Shown piece by piece: positions 17,307 through 28,876 of a DNA stretch of 64,000 bases; the first letter of the stretch is position 1; every line of letters begins with the position of its first letter. The position numbers and the translations under genes were made by a program. The stretch covers positions 1,507 to 65,506 of the forward strand of contig CAZPMD010000009.1 in the NCBI GenBank assembly GCA_964587395.1, read 5' to 3'. The DNA is from an uncultured Hyphomicrobiales bacterium. GTDB taxonomy: Bacteria > Pseudomonadota > Alphaproteobacteria > Rhizobiales > Phreatobacteraceae. The notes beneath the pieces are model-generated. The model saw nothing but the letters and a program-made list of their open reading frames with translations. It ran no database searches and was not told the origin of the DNA.

Positions 17307-18467
17307 TCAGAGGGCCTCGACGATGGTGACGTTGGCGATGCCGCCGCCCTCGCACATGGTCTGCAGGCCGTAGCGCTTGCCGCGGGCGCGCAGGGCGTGG
17401 ACGAGGGTCGCCATCAGTTTGGTGCCTGAGGCGCCGAGCGGGTGGCCGAGGGCGATGGCGCCGCCGTTGACGTTGAGCTTCGCGGGATCGGCGCCGGTGT
17501 GCCTCAGCCAGGCGAGCGGCACCGGCGCGAAGGCCTCGTTCACCTCGTAAAGGTCGATGTCGCCGATGGTCATGCCGGCGCGCTTCAGCGCGCGGTCGGT
17601 GGCGGGAAGCGGCTCCTCCAGCATGATGACGGGGTCGCCGGCGGTCACCGTGAGGTTGTGGATGCGGGCGATGGGCTTCAGGCCATGCGCCTTCACCGCC
17701 CGCTCGTTGGCGATGATGACGCCCGAGGCGCCGTCGCAGATCTGGCTGGCGTTCGCAGCGGTGATGACGCCGCCCTCGACCAGGGTCTTCACCGAGCCGA
17801 TGCTCTCCATGGTGGCGTCGTAGCGGATGCCCTCGTCGCGCAGATGCGCTTCGCCATCCACGTCCACGCCGACGATCTCTCGTCCGAAGGCGCCGGCCTC
17901 CGTAGCCGCAGCGGCCCGGCGGTGGCTCTCCAGCGCGAAGGCGTCGAGCTCGTCGCGGCTGAAGCCGTACTTCTTCGCGATCATCTCGGCGCCGGTGAAC
18001 TGGCTGAAGCCCTGCACGCCGAAGCGCTTCTGGATGCGCTGGGAGAAGGGCCCCTCGCCGACACCCGCCTTCGCATAGAGAGCGACGTTGGTGCCCATCG
18101 GCACCCGCGTCATGCTTTCGACGCCGGCGGCGATGACGATGTCCTGCGTGCCCGACATCACGGCCTGCGCCGCGAACTGCATCGCCTGCTGCGACGAGCC
18201 GCACTGGCGGTCGATGGTCACGGCCGGAACGCTCTCGGGCAGCTTCGAGGCCAGCACGATGTTGCGGCCAACATGGAAGGCCTGCTCGCCGCCCTGGGTG
18301 ACGCAGCCGACGATGACGTCGTCGATGGCGGCGGGATCGACGCCGGAGCGGTCGACCAGGGCGTTCAGCACCTCGGCGCCGAGATCGGCCGGGTGCCAGC
18401 CGGCGAGCTTGCCGGCGCGGCGGCCGCCGGCCGTGCGCACCGCTTCGACGATATAGGCCTCGGCCAT
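17307..18467 (-). CDS. Acetyl-CoA C-acyltransferase (thiolase)
   Basis: 386 aa. RQCGSSQQA active-site Cys region and the C-terminal MCEGGGIANVTIVE thiolase signature. Confidence 0.9.
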   Translation of the reverse strand: MAEAYIVEAVRTAGGRRAGKLAGWHPADLGAEVLNALVDRSGVDPAAIDDVIVGCVTQGGEQAFHVGRNIVLASKLPESVPAVTIDRQCGSSQQAMQFAAQAVMSGTQDIVIAAGVESMTRVPMGTNVALYAKAGVGEGPFSQRIQKRFGVQGFSQFTGAEMIAKKYGFSRDELDAFALESHRRAAAATEAGAFGREIVGVDVDGEAHLRDEGIRYDATMESIGSVKTLVEGGVITAANASQICDGASGVIIANERAVKAHGLKPIARIHNLTVTAGDPVIMLEEPLPATDRALKRAGMTIGDIDLYEVNEAFAPVPLAWLRHTGADPAKLNVNGGAIALGHPLGASGTKLMATLVHALRARGKRYGLQTMCEGGGIANVTIVEAL

Positions 18468-18521
18468 CTCTCGATCCTCCCTTGTGGGGCGCCCCGTTGA
18501 CGGGAGCCCTCGTTCATCCGC

Positions 18522-19712
18522 TCACAGCGCGTGGTCGTGCTTCCAGTCGTGCTTGATCTTCTTGGCCAGCGACCATTTGTGCACCTCGGTAGGGCCGTCA
18601 TAGATGCGGAAGGCGCGGACCTCGCGGAACACCTGCTCGACGATGGTGTCGCCGGAGACGCCCATGCCGCCCATCACCTGCACGCAGCGGTCGGCGATGC
18701 GCATCAGTGCCTCCGAGACAGAGACCTTGGCCATCGAGCTCTCGGTGGTGCCGAGCGAGCCGGAATCGAGCACGCCGGCGCACCAGTCGATCATCAGTTC
18801 GGCCTGCTTCAGGTCGATGAGGTTCTCCGCCAGCATGAATCCGACGCCCTCGTGATCGACCAGAAGCTTGCCGAAGGCCTCGCGGCGGCAGGCATAGTCG
18901 GTGGCGATCTCGTGTGCCCGACGACAGGCGCCGAGCCAGCGCATGCAGTGCGACAGGCGCGCGGGCGACAGGCGAACCTGGGCATATTTGAAGCCCTCGC
19001 CGCTCGCCCCCAGCATCTGGTCGGCGGGGACGCGCAGGTTGTCGATGGTGATGACGGCATGGCCGCCGGGCATGGAACTGTCGATGGTGTCGAGGACGCG
19101 ATCGATTCGGATGGCCGGGTCGGGCAGGTCGACGAGGAACATGCAGGCGCCGTCGTCGGACTTCGCCATGACGATGCCGACCTTCGCCCCTTCGGCGCCG
19201 GTGATGAAGGTCTTGCGGCCGTTGATGACCCAGTGGTTGCCGTCGGGGCGGCAGGTGGTCGTCATCATCGAGGGGTCGGAGCCGGCGCCGCCGTCGGGCT
19301 CGGTCATGAAGAAGGCGGAGCGCGAGCGGCCTTCCACCAGCTGCTTCAGGAAGCGCTCCTTCTGCGGCTCGGAACCGACCTTGCCGAGGAGGTACATATT
19401 GCCCTCGTCGGGGGCGGCGGTGTTGACCGCGACAGGTCCCAGCGGCGACAGGCCGCTGCGGATCAGCACATAGGCGGTCTCGACCTGGCTCAGGTGGTCG
19501 CCGTCGCCGAGGATGTGCGGGGTGAGGACGCCGGCGGCGCGCGCCTTCTCCCTGAGCTCGTGGACGAGGTCCTCAGAGGGGCCGTGGGGCCCAAGGCGCG
19601 GATCGCGCTCGTAGGGCACCACGACCTCGCGCACGAAGGCCTCGACCTTCGCGGCGATGGCCTTGGCGCGGGGCGTCGCGCCCGCCGCTTCCGGCGCCGG
19701 ACCGGCGCTCAT
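18522..19712 (-). CDS. Acyl-CoA dehydrogenase
   Basis: 396 aa. ACAD-type sequence (FFMTEPDGGAGSDPS..., YDGPTEVHKWSLAK). Overlaps the upstream SDR gene by ATGA. Confidence 0.88.
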   Translation of the reverse strand: MSAGPAPEAAGATPRAKAIAAKVEAFVREVVVPYERDPRLGPHGPSEDLVHELREKARAAGVLTPHILGDGDHLSQVETAYVLIRSGLSPLGPVAVNTAAPDEGNMYLLGKVGSEPQKERFLKQLVEGRSRSAFFMTEPDGGAGSDPSMMTTTCRPDGNHWVINGRKTFITGAEGAKVGIVMAKSDDGACMFLVDLPDPAIRIDRVLDTIDSSMPGGHAVITIDNLRVPADQMLGASGEGFKYAQVRLSPARLSHCMRWLGACRRAHEIATDYACRREAFGKLLVDHEGVGFMLAENLIDLKQAELMIDWCAGVLDSGSLGTTESSMAKVSVSEALMRIADRCVQVMGGMGVSGDTIVEQVFREVRAFRIYDGPTEVHKWSLAKKIKHDWKHDHAL

Positions 19713-20470
19713 TTGGGCGACATGCGGATGGCGCCGTCGAGGCGGATCGTCTCGCCGTTCAGCATCGGGTTGTTGACGATGGCCTCGACCATCATGGCGT
19801 ACTCGTCCGGGTGGCCGAGGCGCGAGGGGAAAGGCACCTGGGCGCCGAGGGAGTCCTGGGCCTCCTTCGGCAGCGAGCCCATCAGCGGGGTGAGGAAGAG
19901 GCCCGGGGCGATGGTGACGACGCGGATGCCGAAGCGGGCGAGTTCGCGCGCGATGGGCAGGGTCATGCCGACGATGCCGCCCTTCGAGGCGGCATAGGCC
20001 GGCTGGCCGATCTGGCCGTCGAAGGCGGCGACCGAGGCGGTGTTGACGATGACGCCGCGCTCCTCGCCGATCGGATCGGCGGTGTGGAGGCGGGCGGCGA
20101 ACTTCGACAGCACGTTGAAGGTGCCGATCAGGTTGACCTGGATGATCTTGTTGAAGTCGGCGAGCGGCAACGGCGAGCCGTCGCGGGCGATCACCTTCGC
20201 CGGCGGGCCGATGCCGGCGCAGTTGACGCAGATGCGCGCCTTGCCGTGCAGGCCCTCGGCCTCGGCGAGGGCCGCGTCGACGGCGGCGTCATCCACCACG
20301 TTGACCTTGACGAAGTGGCCGCCGATCTCGGCGGCGTGCTTGCGGCCGAGCTCCTCGTTCAGGTCGAAGATGGTGACCTTCGCACCGGCCTTAGCCAACC
20401 GCGCCGCGGTTGCCCCGCCGAGCCCCGAAGCTCCGCCCGTGACGATTGCTGCCGTGCCCCGTGCATCCAT
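19709..20470 (-). CDS. Short-chain dehydrogenase, 3-hydroxyacyl-CoA dehydrogenase type-2-like
   Basis: 253 aa. TGGASGLG Rossmann motif and YAASKGG catalytic motif. Strong similarity pattern to the HSD17B10/FadB2-type SDR. Confidence 0.85.
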   Translation of the reverse strand: MDARGTAAIVTGGASGLGGATAARLAKAGAKVTIFDLNEELGRKHAAEIGGHFVKVNVVDDAAVDAALAEAEGLHGKARICVNCAGIGPPAKVIARDGSPLPLADFNKIIQVNLIGTFNVLSKFAARLHTADPIGEERGVIVNTASVAAFDGQIGQPAYAASKGGIVGMTLPIARELARFGIRVVTIAPGLFLTPLMGSLPKEAQDSLGAQVPFPSRLGHPDEYAMMVEAIVNNPMLNGETIRLDGAIRMSPK

Positions 20471-20775
20471 GATCCGCTGCCTCCCGCGCCCTGCCCATCG
20501 GCTTGCCCGATGGCGGCGCTGCTCTGCCTGTTTGACCGGCCAGCACCTTTGTCGGGGCAGGGCAGATGGTCAATCGGTCGAGCGGGGGATGGCCGCCGCG
20601 GCGGCCCTGTCGGCTGCTGTCATGATCCTGTGACGGGCAGGCGTAACATGCCGGTGAAGCATGGCGCCTCGTCTTGTTGCGCCGGACAAATGCCCATACA
20701 TACGCAGCCTGACATTTTTCATCACGATTGCCGCCTGCCGTTCCCCCGAGGACTTTGGGCAGGATCGAGGACATC

Positions 20776-21948
20776 ATGCGCATTGTTCGTTTGTGTGCCG
20801 CCGCGGCGCTGACCCTGGGGCTTTCCGCCTGCAATGACAGCGGAAGCAAGGCGCCGCAGCAGGCGGCGGCTCCTCCGCCGGCTCCCGTCGGCATCGTCGA
20901 GGTCAGGGCCGAGCCGGTCCCGATCGTCAGCGAGCTGCCGGGCCGCATCGCGCCGACGCGCATCGCGCAGGTGCGCCCGCGCGTCTCCGGCATCCTCATC
21001 GCCCGCGTCTTCCAGCAGGGCAGCCTGGTGAAGGAGGGCGACGTCCTCTACCGCATCGACCCGGAGCCGTTCCGCGTCGAGGTCGAGCGGTCGAAGGCCA
21101 CGATGCAGCGCGCCCAGGCGACGCGCCTGCTCGCCCAGCAGCAGAGCGACCGCGTGGAGCAGCTGCGCGAGCGCAACGTGGCGAGCCCGCAGCAGCTCGA
21201 CAGCGCCGTGGCGACCCTCGCCCAGGCCGACGCCGACGTCGCCAGCGCGCGGGCGGGTCTCGCCGCCGCCGAGCTCAACCTGAAATATGCCGACATCACG
21301 GCACCGATCAGCGGCCGCATCGGCCGGGCGCTGATCACCGAGGGCGCGCTGGTGGCCGCCAACGGCGCCGAGGCTCTCGCCACCATCCAGCAGCTCGACC
21401 CGATCTATGCCGACTTCACCCAGTCGGCGACCGACCTCATCCGCCTGCGCCGGGCCATGCAGGCGGGGGCGGTGACGCCCGACAAGACCGACGAGGCCGC
21501 CGTCAAGCTGCTGATGGACGACGGCAGCGCCTATCCTCACATGGGCCGGTTGCTCTTCTCCGAGGCGACCGTCGATGCCGGCACCGGACAGGTGACGCTG
21601 CGCGGCGAATTCCCCAATCCGAACGGCGATCTGTTGCCAGGCATGTATGTCCGCGTGCTCATCGAGCAGGGCATCCAGCCGGGCGCCATCACCGTGCCGC
21701 AGCAGGCGATCCAGCGCGACACGGCCGGCCGCGCCCAGCTCTACGTGGTGAAGGCGGACGACACGGTCGAGGTCAGGGTGGTGCGCACCTCGCGGGTCGT
21801 CGGCACCAATGCCGTCATCGACGAGGGGCTCGCCGCTGGCGACCGCGTGGTGGTGGACGGGTTCCAGCGCCTGCGCCCCGGCGCCAAGGTGACGGTGCGG
21901 CCGTGGTCCCCCGGTCCGCAGGCGGCCGCCGCGACACCTGCCCGGTAA
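20776..21948 (+). CDS. RND efflux periplasmic adaptor (membrane fusion) lipoprotein
   Basis: ORF 20728..21948 trimmed to MRIVRLCAAAALTLGLSAC (lipobox). AcrA/MexA-like sequence (ITAPISGRIGRALITEGALV). Confidence 0.88.
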   Translation: MRIVRLCAAAALTLGLSACNDSGSKAPQQAAAPPPAPVGIVEVRAEPVPIVSELPGRIAPTRIAQVRPRVSGILIARVFQQGSLVKEGDVLYRIDPEPFRVEVERSKATMQRAQATRLLAQQQSDRVEQLRERNVASPQQLDSAVATLAQADADVASARAGLAAAELNLKYADITAPISGRIGRALITEGALVAANGAEALATIQQLDPIYADFTQSATDLIRLRRAMQAGAVTPDKTDEAAVKLLMDDGSAYPHMGRLLFSEATVDAGTGQVTLRGEFPNPNGDLLPGMYVRVLIEQGIQPGAITVPQQAIQRDTAGRAQLYVVKADDTVEVRVVRTSRVVGTNAVIDEGLAAGDRVVVDGFQRLRPGAKVTVRPWSPGPQAAAATPAR

Positions 21949-21961
21949 GGACGCCAGCATC

Positions 21962-24900
21962 ATGCCCCAGTTCTTCATCAGCAGGCCGATTTTCGCCTGG
22001 GTGATTGCGATTCTCATCATGCTGGCGGGGCTGATCTCCCTGCCGCAGCTGCCGATCGCCCAGTACCCGGAGGTCGCCCCTCCGCAGATCACCATCAACA
22101 CCTTCTACCCCGGCGCCTCGCCGGAGGATGCCTACCAGGCGGTGACGCGGCCCATCGAGGAGGAGCTCAACGGCATCCAGGGGCTGCTCTATTTCGAGTC
22201 CGTCGCCGACACGACCGGCTCCATCCAGATCACCGCCACGTTCCAGCCGGGCACCAGCGGGGCCTCTGCCGCCGTCGAGGTGCAGAACCGCGTCAGGCGC
22301 GTCGAGCCGAGGCTGCCGCGCGCCGTCACCCAGCAGGGCGTGCAGGTCGATCAGGCCCGATCCAACTTCCTGCTCGTGGTGACGCTGACCTCCACCGACG
22401 GCATGCTCGACGCCATCGGCCTCGGCGACTACATGAGCCGCAATGTCATCGGCGAGATCCGCCGCGTGCCGGGCGTCGGCCGCGCCCAGCTCTTCGCCTC
22501 CGAGCGCGCCATGCGCATCTGGCTCGACCCGGACAAGATGGTCGGCCTCAACCTGACGGCCAGCGACGTCACCGCCGCCGTCACGGCGCAGAACGCCCAG
22601 GTCGCCGCCGGCTCCATCGGCTCGCTGCCGAACCCGATCAACCAGCAGGTCACGGCCACCGTCATGGTGCGGGGCCAGCTCACCTCGCCCGACGAGTTCG
22701 GCTCCATCGTGCTGCGCGCCAACCGCGACGGTTCGCTGGTCAGGCTGCGCGACGTCGCCCGCATCGAGGTCGGGGCCCAGGCCTATTCCACCTCCGCCCG
22801 CCTCAACGGCAAGCCGGCCGCCGCCATCGCCGTGCAGTTGTCGCCGACCGGCAACGCCATGGCGACCGCCGATGCCGTCCGGAAGCGGATGAACGAGCTG
22901 GCCGGCTTCTTCCCGCCGGGCGTCGAATACGCGATCCCTTACGACACCTCGCCCTTCGTGAAGGTCTCCATCGAGAAGGTCATCCACACGCTGCTCGAGG
23001 CGATGGTGCTGGTCTTCCTGGTGATGTTCCTGTTCCTGCAGAACCTGCGCTACACGCTGATCCCGGCCATCGTGGTGCCTGTCGCCCTGCTGGGCACCTG
23101 CGCGGTGATGTATGTCACCGGATTCTCCATCAACGTGCTGACCATGTTCGCCATGGTGCTCGCCATCGGCATCCTCGTCGACGACGCCATCGTCGTGGTC
23201 GAGAACGTCGAGCGCATCATGTCGGAGGAGGGGCTGCCGCCGAAGGAGGCGACGCGCAAGGCCATGGGCCAGATCACCGGCGCGGTCATCGGCATCACCA
23301 CCGTGCTGGTCTCGGTGTTCATTCCGCTCGCCTTCTTTCCAGGCGCCGTCGGCATCATCTACAAGCAGTTCAGCCTGACCATGGTGGTGTCGATCCTGTT
23401 CTCGGCCTTCCTGGCGCTGAGCCTGACGCCGGCGCTCGCCGCGACCTTCCTCAAGCCGGTCGCCGCCGGTCATCATCACGCCAAGCGCGGCTTCTTCGGC
23501 TGGTTCAACCGCAGCTTCGACCGCACCTCGCGCGGCTACAGCAGCATGGTCTCGCATCTGGTGCGGCGCGGCGGGCGTTACATGATCATCTATCTCGCCC
23601 TGCTCGCCGGCCTCGGCTACCTCTATCTGCGGCTGCCGACCTCGTTCCTGCCGAGCGAGGACCAGGGCTATGTGATCGTCAACTTCCAGGCGCCGTCGGA
23701 CGCCACCGTGAACCGCACGATGGTCGCCATCGAGGCGGCCGAGAAGCAGTTCGCCTCCGAGCCGGCGGTCGCCCGCATCGTCACCGTGCGCGGCTTCTCC
23801 TTCTTCGGCCAGGGCCAGAACGCGGCGCTGGCCTTCGTCACGCTGAAGGACTGGAGCGAGCGCGGGCCGAAGGACGCCGCCAGCGCCATTGCGCTCCGCG
23901 GCACCATCGCGCTCTCCCAGCTGCGCGACGCTATCGTCTTCGGCCTGTCGCCGCCGCCGATCCAGGGCCTCGGCAATTCCAACGGCTTCTCGTTCCGCCT
24001 GCAGGCCCGCGGCGGCCAGACCCAGCAGCAGCTCGCCGCGGCGCGCGACCAGCTTCTGGGAGCGGCCATGCGCAGTCCGGTGCTGGCGCAGGTCTTCGTC
24101 GAGGGTCTGCCGGACGCGGCCCAGGTCTCCCTGATCATCGACCGCGAGAAGGCGAACACCTTCGGCGTCACTTTCGCCGACATCAACGCCACCATCTCGA
24201 CCCAGCTAGGCTCGAGCTACGTCAATGACTTCCCCAATGCCGGGCGCCTGCAGCGCGTGCTGGTGCAGGGCATCGAGGCGAGCCGCATGCAGACCTCGGA
24301 CCTGCTCAACATCAACGTGCGCAACTCCAACGGCGGCATGGTGCCGCTCTCGGCCTTCGCGCGCATCGAGTGGCAGCGCGGTCCCTCGCAGATCATCGGC
24401 TACAACGGCTACCCGGCCATCCGCATCTCCGGCGCCACCAGGCCCGGCTTCTCCTCCGGCGACGGCATCGCCGAGATGCAGCGCCTCGCCGCCGAACTGC
24501 CACCCGGCTTCGGCTACGAATGGACGGGCCAGTCGCTGCAGGAGATCCAGTCGGGGTCGCAGGTGCCGCTGTTGCTGGCGCTGTCCTGCATCCTCATCTT
24601 CCTCTGTCTCGCGGCGCTCTACGAGAGCTGGTCGATCCCCATCGCCGTGATGCTGGTCGTGCCGCTCGGCATCATCGGCTCGGTGCTGGCCGTGACCATG
24701 CGCGGCATGCCCAACGACGTCTATTTCAAGGTCGGCCTCATCGCCATCATCGGCCTGTCGGCCAAGAACGCCATCCTCATCATCGAGTTCGCCAAGGACC
24801 TCAGGTCGGAGGGCAAGGGCCTGCTGGAGGCGACGATCGAGGCCGCGCATCTGCGCTTCCGGCCGATCATCATGACCTCGCTCGCCTTCGCCCTCGGCGT

Positions 24901-25144
24901 GCTGCCGCTGGCGATCGCGTCGGGCGCCAGCGCCGCCAGCCAGCAGGCGATCGGCACCGGCGTTCTCGGCGGCATGATCTCGGCGACGGTGCTGGCGGTG
25001 TTCTTCGTGCCGGTCTTCTTCGTGGTGGTGAGCCGCGTCATGGGCTGGCGCGACAAGCCGGCGCCGGCCGTCGGGGCGGCCGTGCCCCCGGACGGCGCGG
25101 CGTCCGCGGAGACGCGGGCCGACGAGCCGGCAAAGCATCCGTAG
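21962..25144 (+). CDS. RND multidrug efflux permease (AcrB/MexB family)
   Basis: 1060 aa. MPQFFISRPIFAWVIAILIMLAG N-terminus. Typical HAE1 12-TM architecture. Confidence 0.93.
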   Translation: MPQFFISRPIFAWVIAILIMLAGLISLPQLPIAQYPEVAPPQITINTFYPGASPEDAYQAVTRPIEEELNGIQGLLYFESVADTTGSIQITATFQPGTSGASAAVEVQNRVRRVEPRLPRAVTQQGVQVDQARSNFLLVVTLTSTDGMLDAIGLGDYMSRNVIGEIRRVPGVGRAQLFASERAMRIWLDPDKMVGLNLTASDVTAAVTAQNAQVAAGSIGSLPNPINQQVTATVMVRGQLTSPDEFGSIVLRANRDGSLVRLRDVARIEVGAQAYSTSARLNGKPAAAIAVQLSPTGNAMATADAVRKRMNELAGFFPPGVEYAIPYDTSPFVKVSIEKVIHTLLEAMVLVFLVMFLFLQNLRYTLIPAIVVPVALLGTCAVMYVTGFSINVLTMFAMVLAIGILVDDAIVVVENVERIMSEEGLPPKEATRKAMGQITGAVIGITTVLVSVFIPLAFFPGAVGIIYKQFSLTMVVSILFSAFLALSLTPALAATFLKPVAAGHHHAKRGFFGWFNRSFDRTSRGYSSMVSHLVRRGGRYMIIYLALLAGLGYLYLRLPTSFLPSEDQGYVIVNFQAPSDATVNRTMVAIEAAEKQFASEPAVARIVTVRGFSFFGQGQNAALAFVTLKDWSERGPKDAASAIALRGTIALSQLRDAIVFGLSPPPIQGLGNSNGFSFRLQARGGQTQQQLAAARDQLLGAAMRSPVLAQVFVEGLPDAAQVSLIIDREKANTFGVTFADINATISTQLGSSYVNDFPNAGRLQRVLVQGIEASRMQTSDLLNINVRNSNGGMVPLSAFARIEWQRGPSQIIGYNGYPAIRISGATRPGFSSGDGIAEMQRLAAELPPGFGYEWTGQSLQEIQSGSQVPLLLALSCILIFLCLAALYESWSIPIAVMLVVPLGIIGSVLAVTMRGMPNDVYFKVGLIAIIGLSAKNAILIIEFAKDLRSEGKGLLEATIEAAHLRFRPIIMTSLAFALGVLPLAIASGASAASQQAIGTGVLGGMISATVLAVFFVPVFFVVVSRVMGWRDKPAPAVGAAVPPDGAASAETRADEPAKHP

Positions 25145-25259
25145 GGACAAGGGAGAGGCGGGGCCACCTCTCCCGATCCTCGAAACGATCAGGGCGGCGC
25201 CACGATGACCGTGACGCCGCCCTTGTCTTGTCGGTTGGGAGCGGCTTTCGCCGCTCCGA

Positions 25260-27660
<2,401 letters not shown>

Positions 27661-27688
27661 TTGCTGATTGCGACGATAAGTTCACCTG

Positions 27689-28603
27689 ATGATCAACTTC
27701 ACGTTCAAACAGCTCCGCTATTTCGACGCGCTGGCGCGCCACGGCCATTTCGGCCGCGCCGCGGACGCCTGCGCCATCTCGCAGCCGGCGCTGTCCATGC
27801 AGATCAAGGAACTGGAGGAAGCGCTGGAGATGCCGCTGTTCGAGCGCAGCGCCCGGCAGGTCCGGCTGACCGCCTTCGGCGAGGCGTTCTCGGTCCGGGC
27901 GCGCGACATCCTGCGCGCCGTGGACGAACTGGCCGATCTCGCCCGCGCCTCTCGCGAGGGGCTGGTCGGCCGGCTGCGCATCGGCATCATTCCGACGGTC
28001 GCGCCCTATCTGCTGCCGGCGATCATCGCCGACCTCACGCAGATCCATGCAGGGCTCGACATCCATGTGCGCGAGACTCAGACGCCGAAGCTGATCCAGG
28101 AACTCGCCGAGGGGCGGCTCGACACCGCCATCGTCGCCCTGCCGGTCTCCGAGCCCTCGATGACGGAGGTGGCGCTGTTCTCGGAGGATTTCGTCCTGGT
28201 CCGTCCGGGAGAGGATGAGGGCAAGCCGGTGCCGAGCGGCGAGATGCTGCGCGAGATGCGGCTGCTGCTGCTGGAGGAGGGCCACTGCTTCCGTGACCAG
28301 GCCCTGTCCTTCTGCGGCATGGCGTCGACCCGGCCGAAGGAACTGCTCGACGGCAGCTCCCTGTCGACCCTCGTGCAGATGGTCGGTGCCGGCATGGGCG
28401 TGACGCTGATCCCCGACATGGCGGTGGCGGTGGAGACGCGGTCGGCCCCTGTCTCCATCGCGCGCTTCGACACTCCGCGGCCGTCGCGGACCATCGGCAT
28501 GATCTGGCGGCGGACCAGCCCTCTTTCGGCCCAGCTCTCGCAGATCGCCGAGGTCGTGCGCCGGTCGGCCGAGGCGATGCGAAGACCCTTCCATCAAGCC
28601 TGA
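27689..28603 (+). CDS. oxyR: LysR-family peroxide sensor OxyR
   Basis: 304 aa with an N-terminal LysR HTH. EEGHCFRDQALSFCG contains the two redox Cys at OxyR-typical spacing. Divergent from katG. Confidence 0.85.
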   Translation: MINFTFKQLRYFDALARHGHFGRAADACAISQPALSMQIKELEEALEMPLFERSARQVRLTAFGEAFSVRARDILRAVDELADLARASREGLVGRLRIGIIPTVAPYLLPAIIADLTQIHAGLDIHVRETQTPKLIQELAEGRLDTAIVALPVSEPSMTEVALFSEDFVLVRPGEDEGKPVPSGEMLREMRLLLLEEGHCFRDQALSFCGMASTRPKELLDGSSLSTLVQMVGAGMGVTLIPDMAVAVETRSAPVSIARFDTPRPSRTIGMIWRRTSPLSAQLSQIAEVVRRSAEAMRRPFHQA

Positions 28604-28612
28604 TCGCGTCCG

Positions 28613-28638
28613 GGAACCGCCGGCCTGTTGCGAGCGTT
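28613..28638 (+). promoter_or_regulatory. EcfG-type promoter, exact GGAAC-N17-CGTT
   Basis: cgGGAACcgccggcctgttgcgagCGTTg. The -10 element ends 34 nt before ATG 28673. Confidence 0.6.
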
Positions 28639-28672
28639 GTTCCCCTGACAACGCAACCGAAGGAGACGTGTC

Positions 28673-28759
28673 ATGGGCCTTGGACGTGGTGCTCTCTTGT
28701 GGCTTCTCGGCATTCCCCTGCCGATCATCATCTTGCTGGCCATCTTCTGGGGCAATTGA
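28673..28759 (+). CDS. 28-aa hydrophobic peptide (MGLGRGALLWLLGIPLPIIILLAIFWGN); not in the ORF track
   Basis: ATG preceded by AAGGAGACGTGTC. One TM-like segment. An EcfG-type promoter lies immediately upstream and a hairpin downstream. Confidence 0.5.
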   Translation: MGLGRGALLWLLGIPLPIIILLAIFWGN

Positions 28760-28797
28760 TCAGGCGTAGCGAAGCCCGTCAGCGACAGGCGTGAAGA

Positions 28798-28825
28798 GGC
28801 GGAAGGCAGGTTCCGCCCCTTCTTC
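28798..28825. terminator. Hairpin between the convergent small peptide ORF and HWE kinase gene (candidate bidirectional terminator)
   Basis: GGCGGAA-ggcagg-TTCCGCC followed by CCTTCTTC. Confidence 0.35.
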
Positions 28826-28876
28826 GCGCGTGCTCCACGTTCATACCGAGGACAGGGTCCTGACGGCCCGCCCGGA

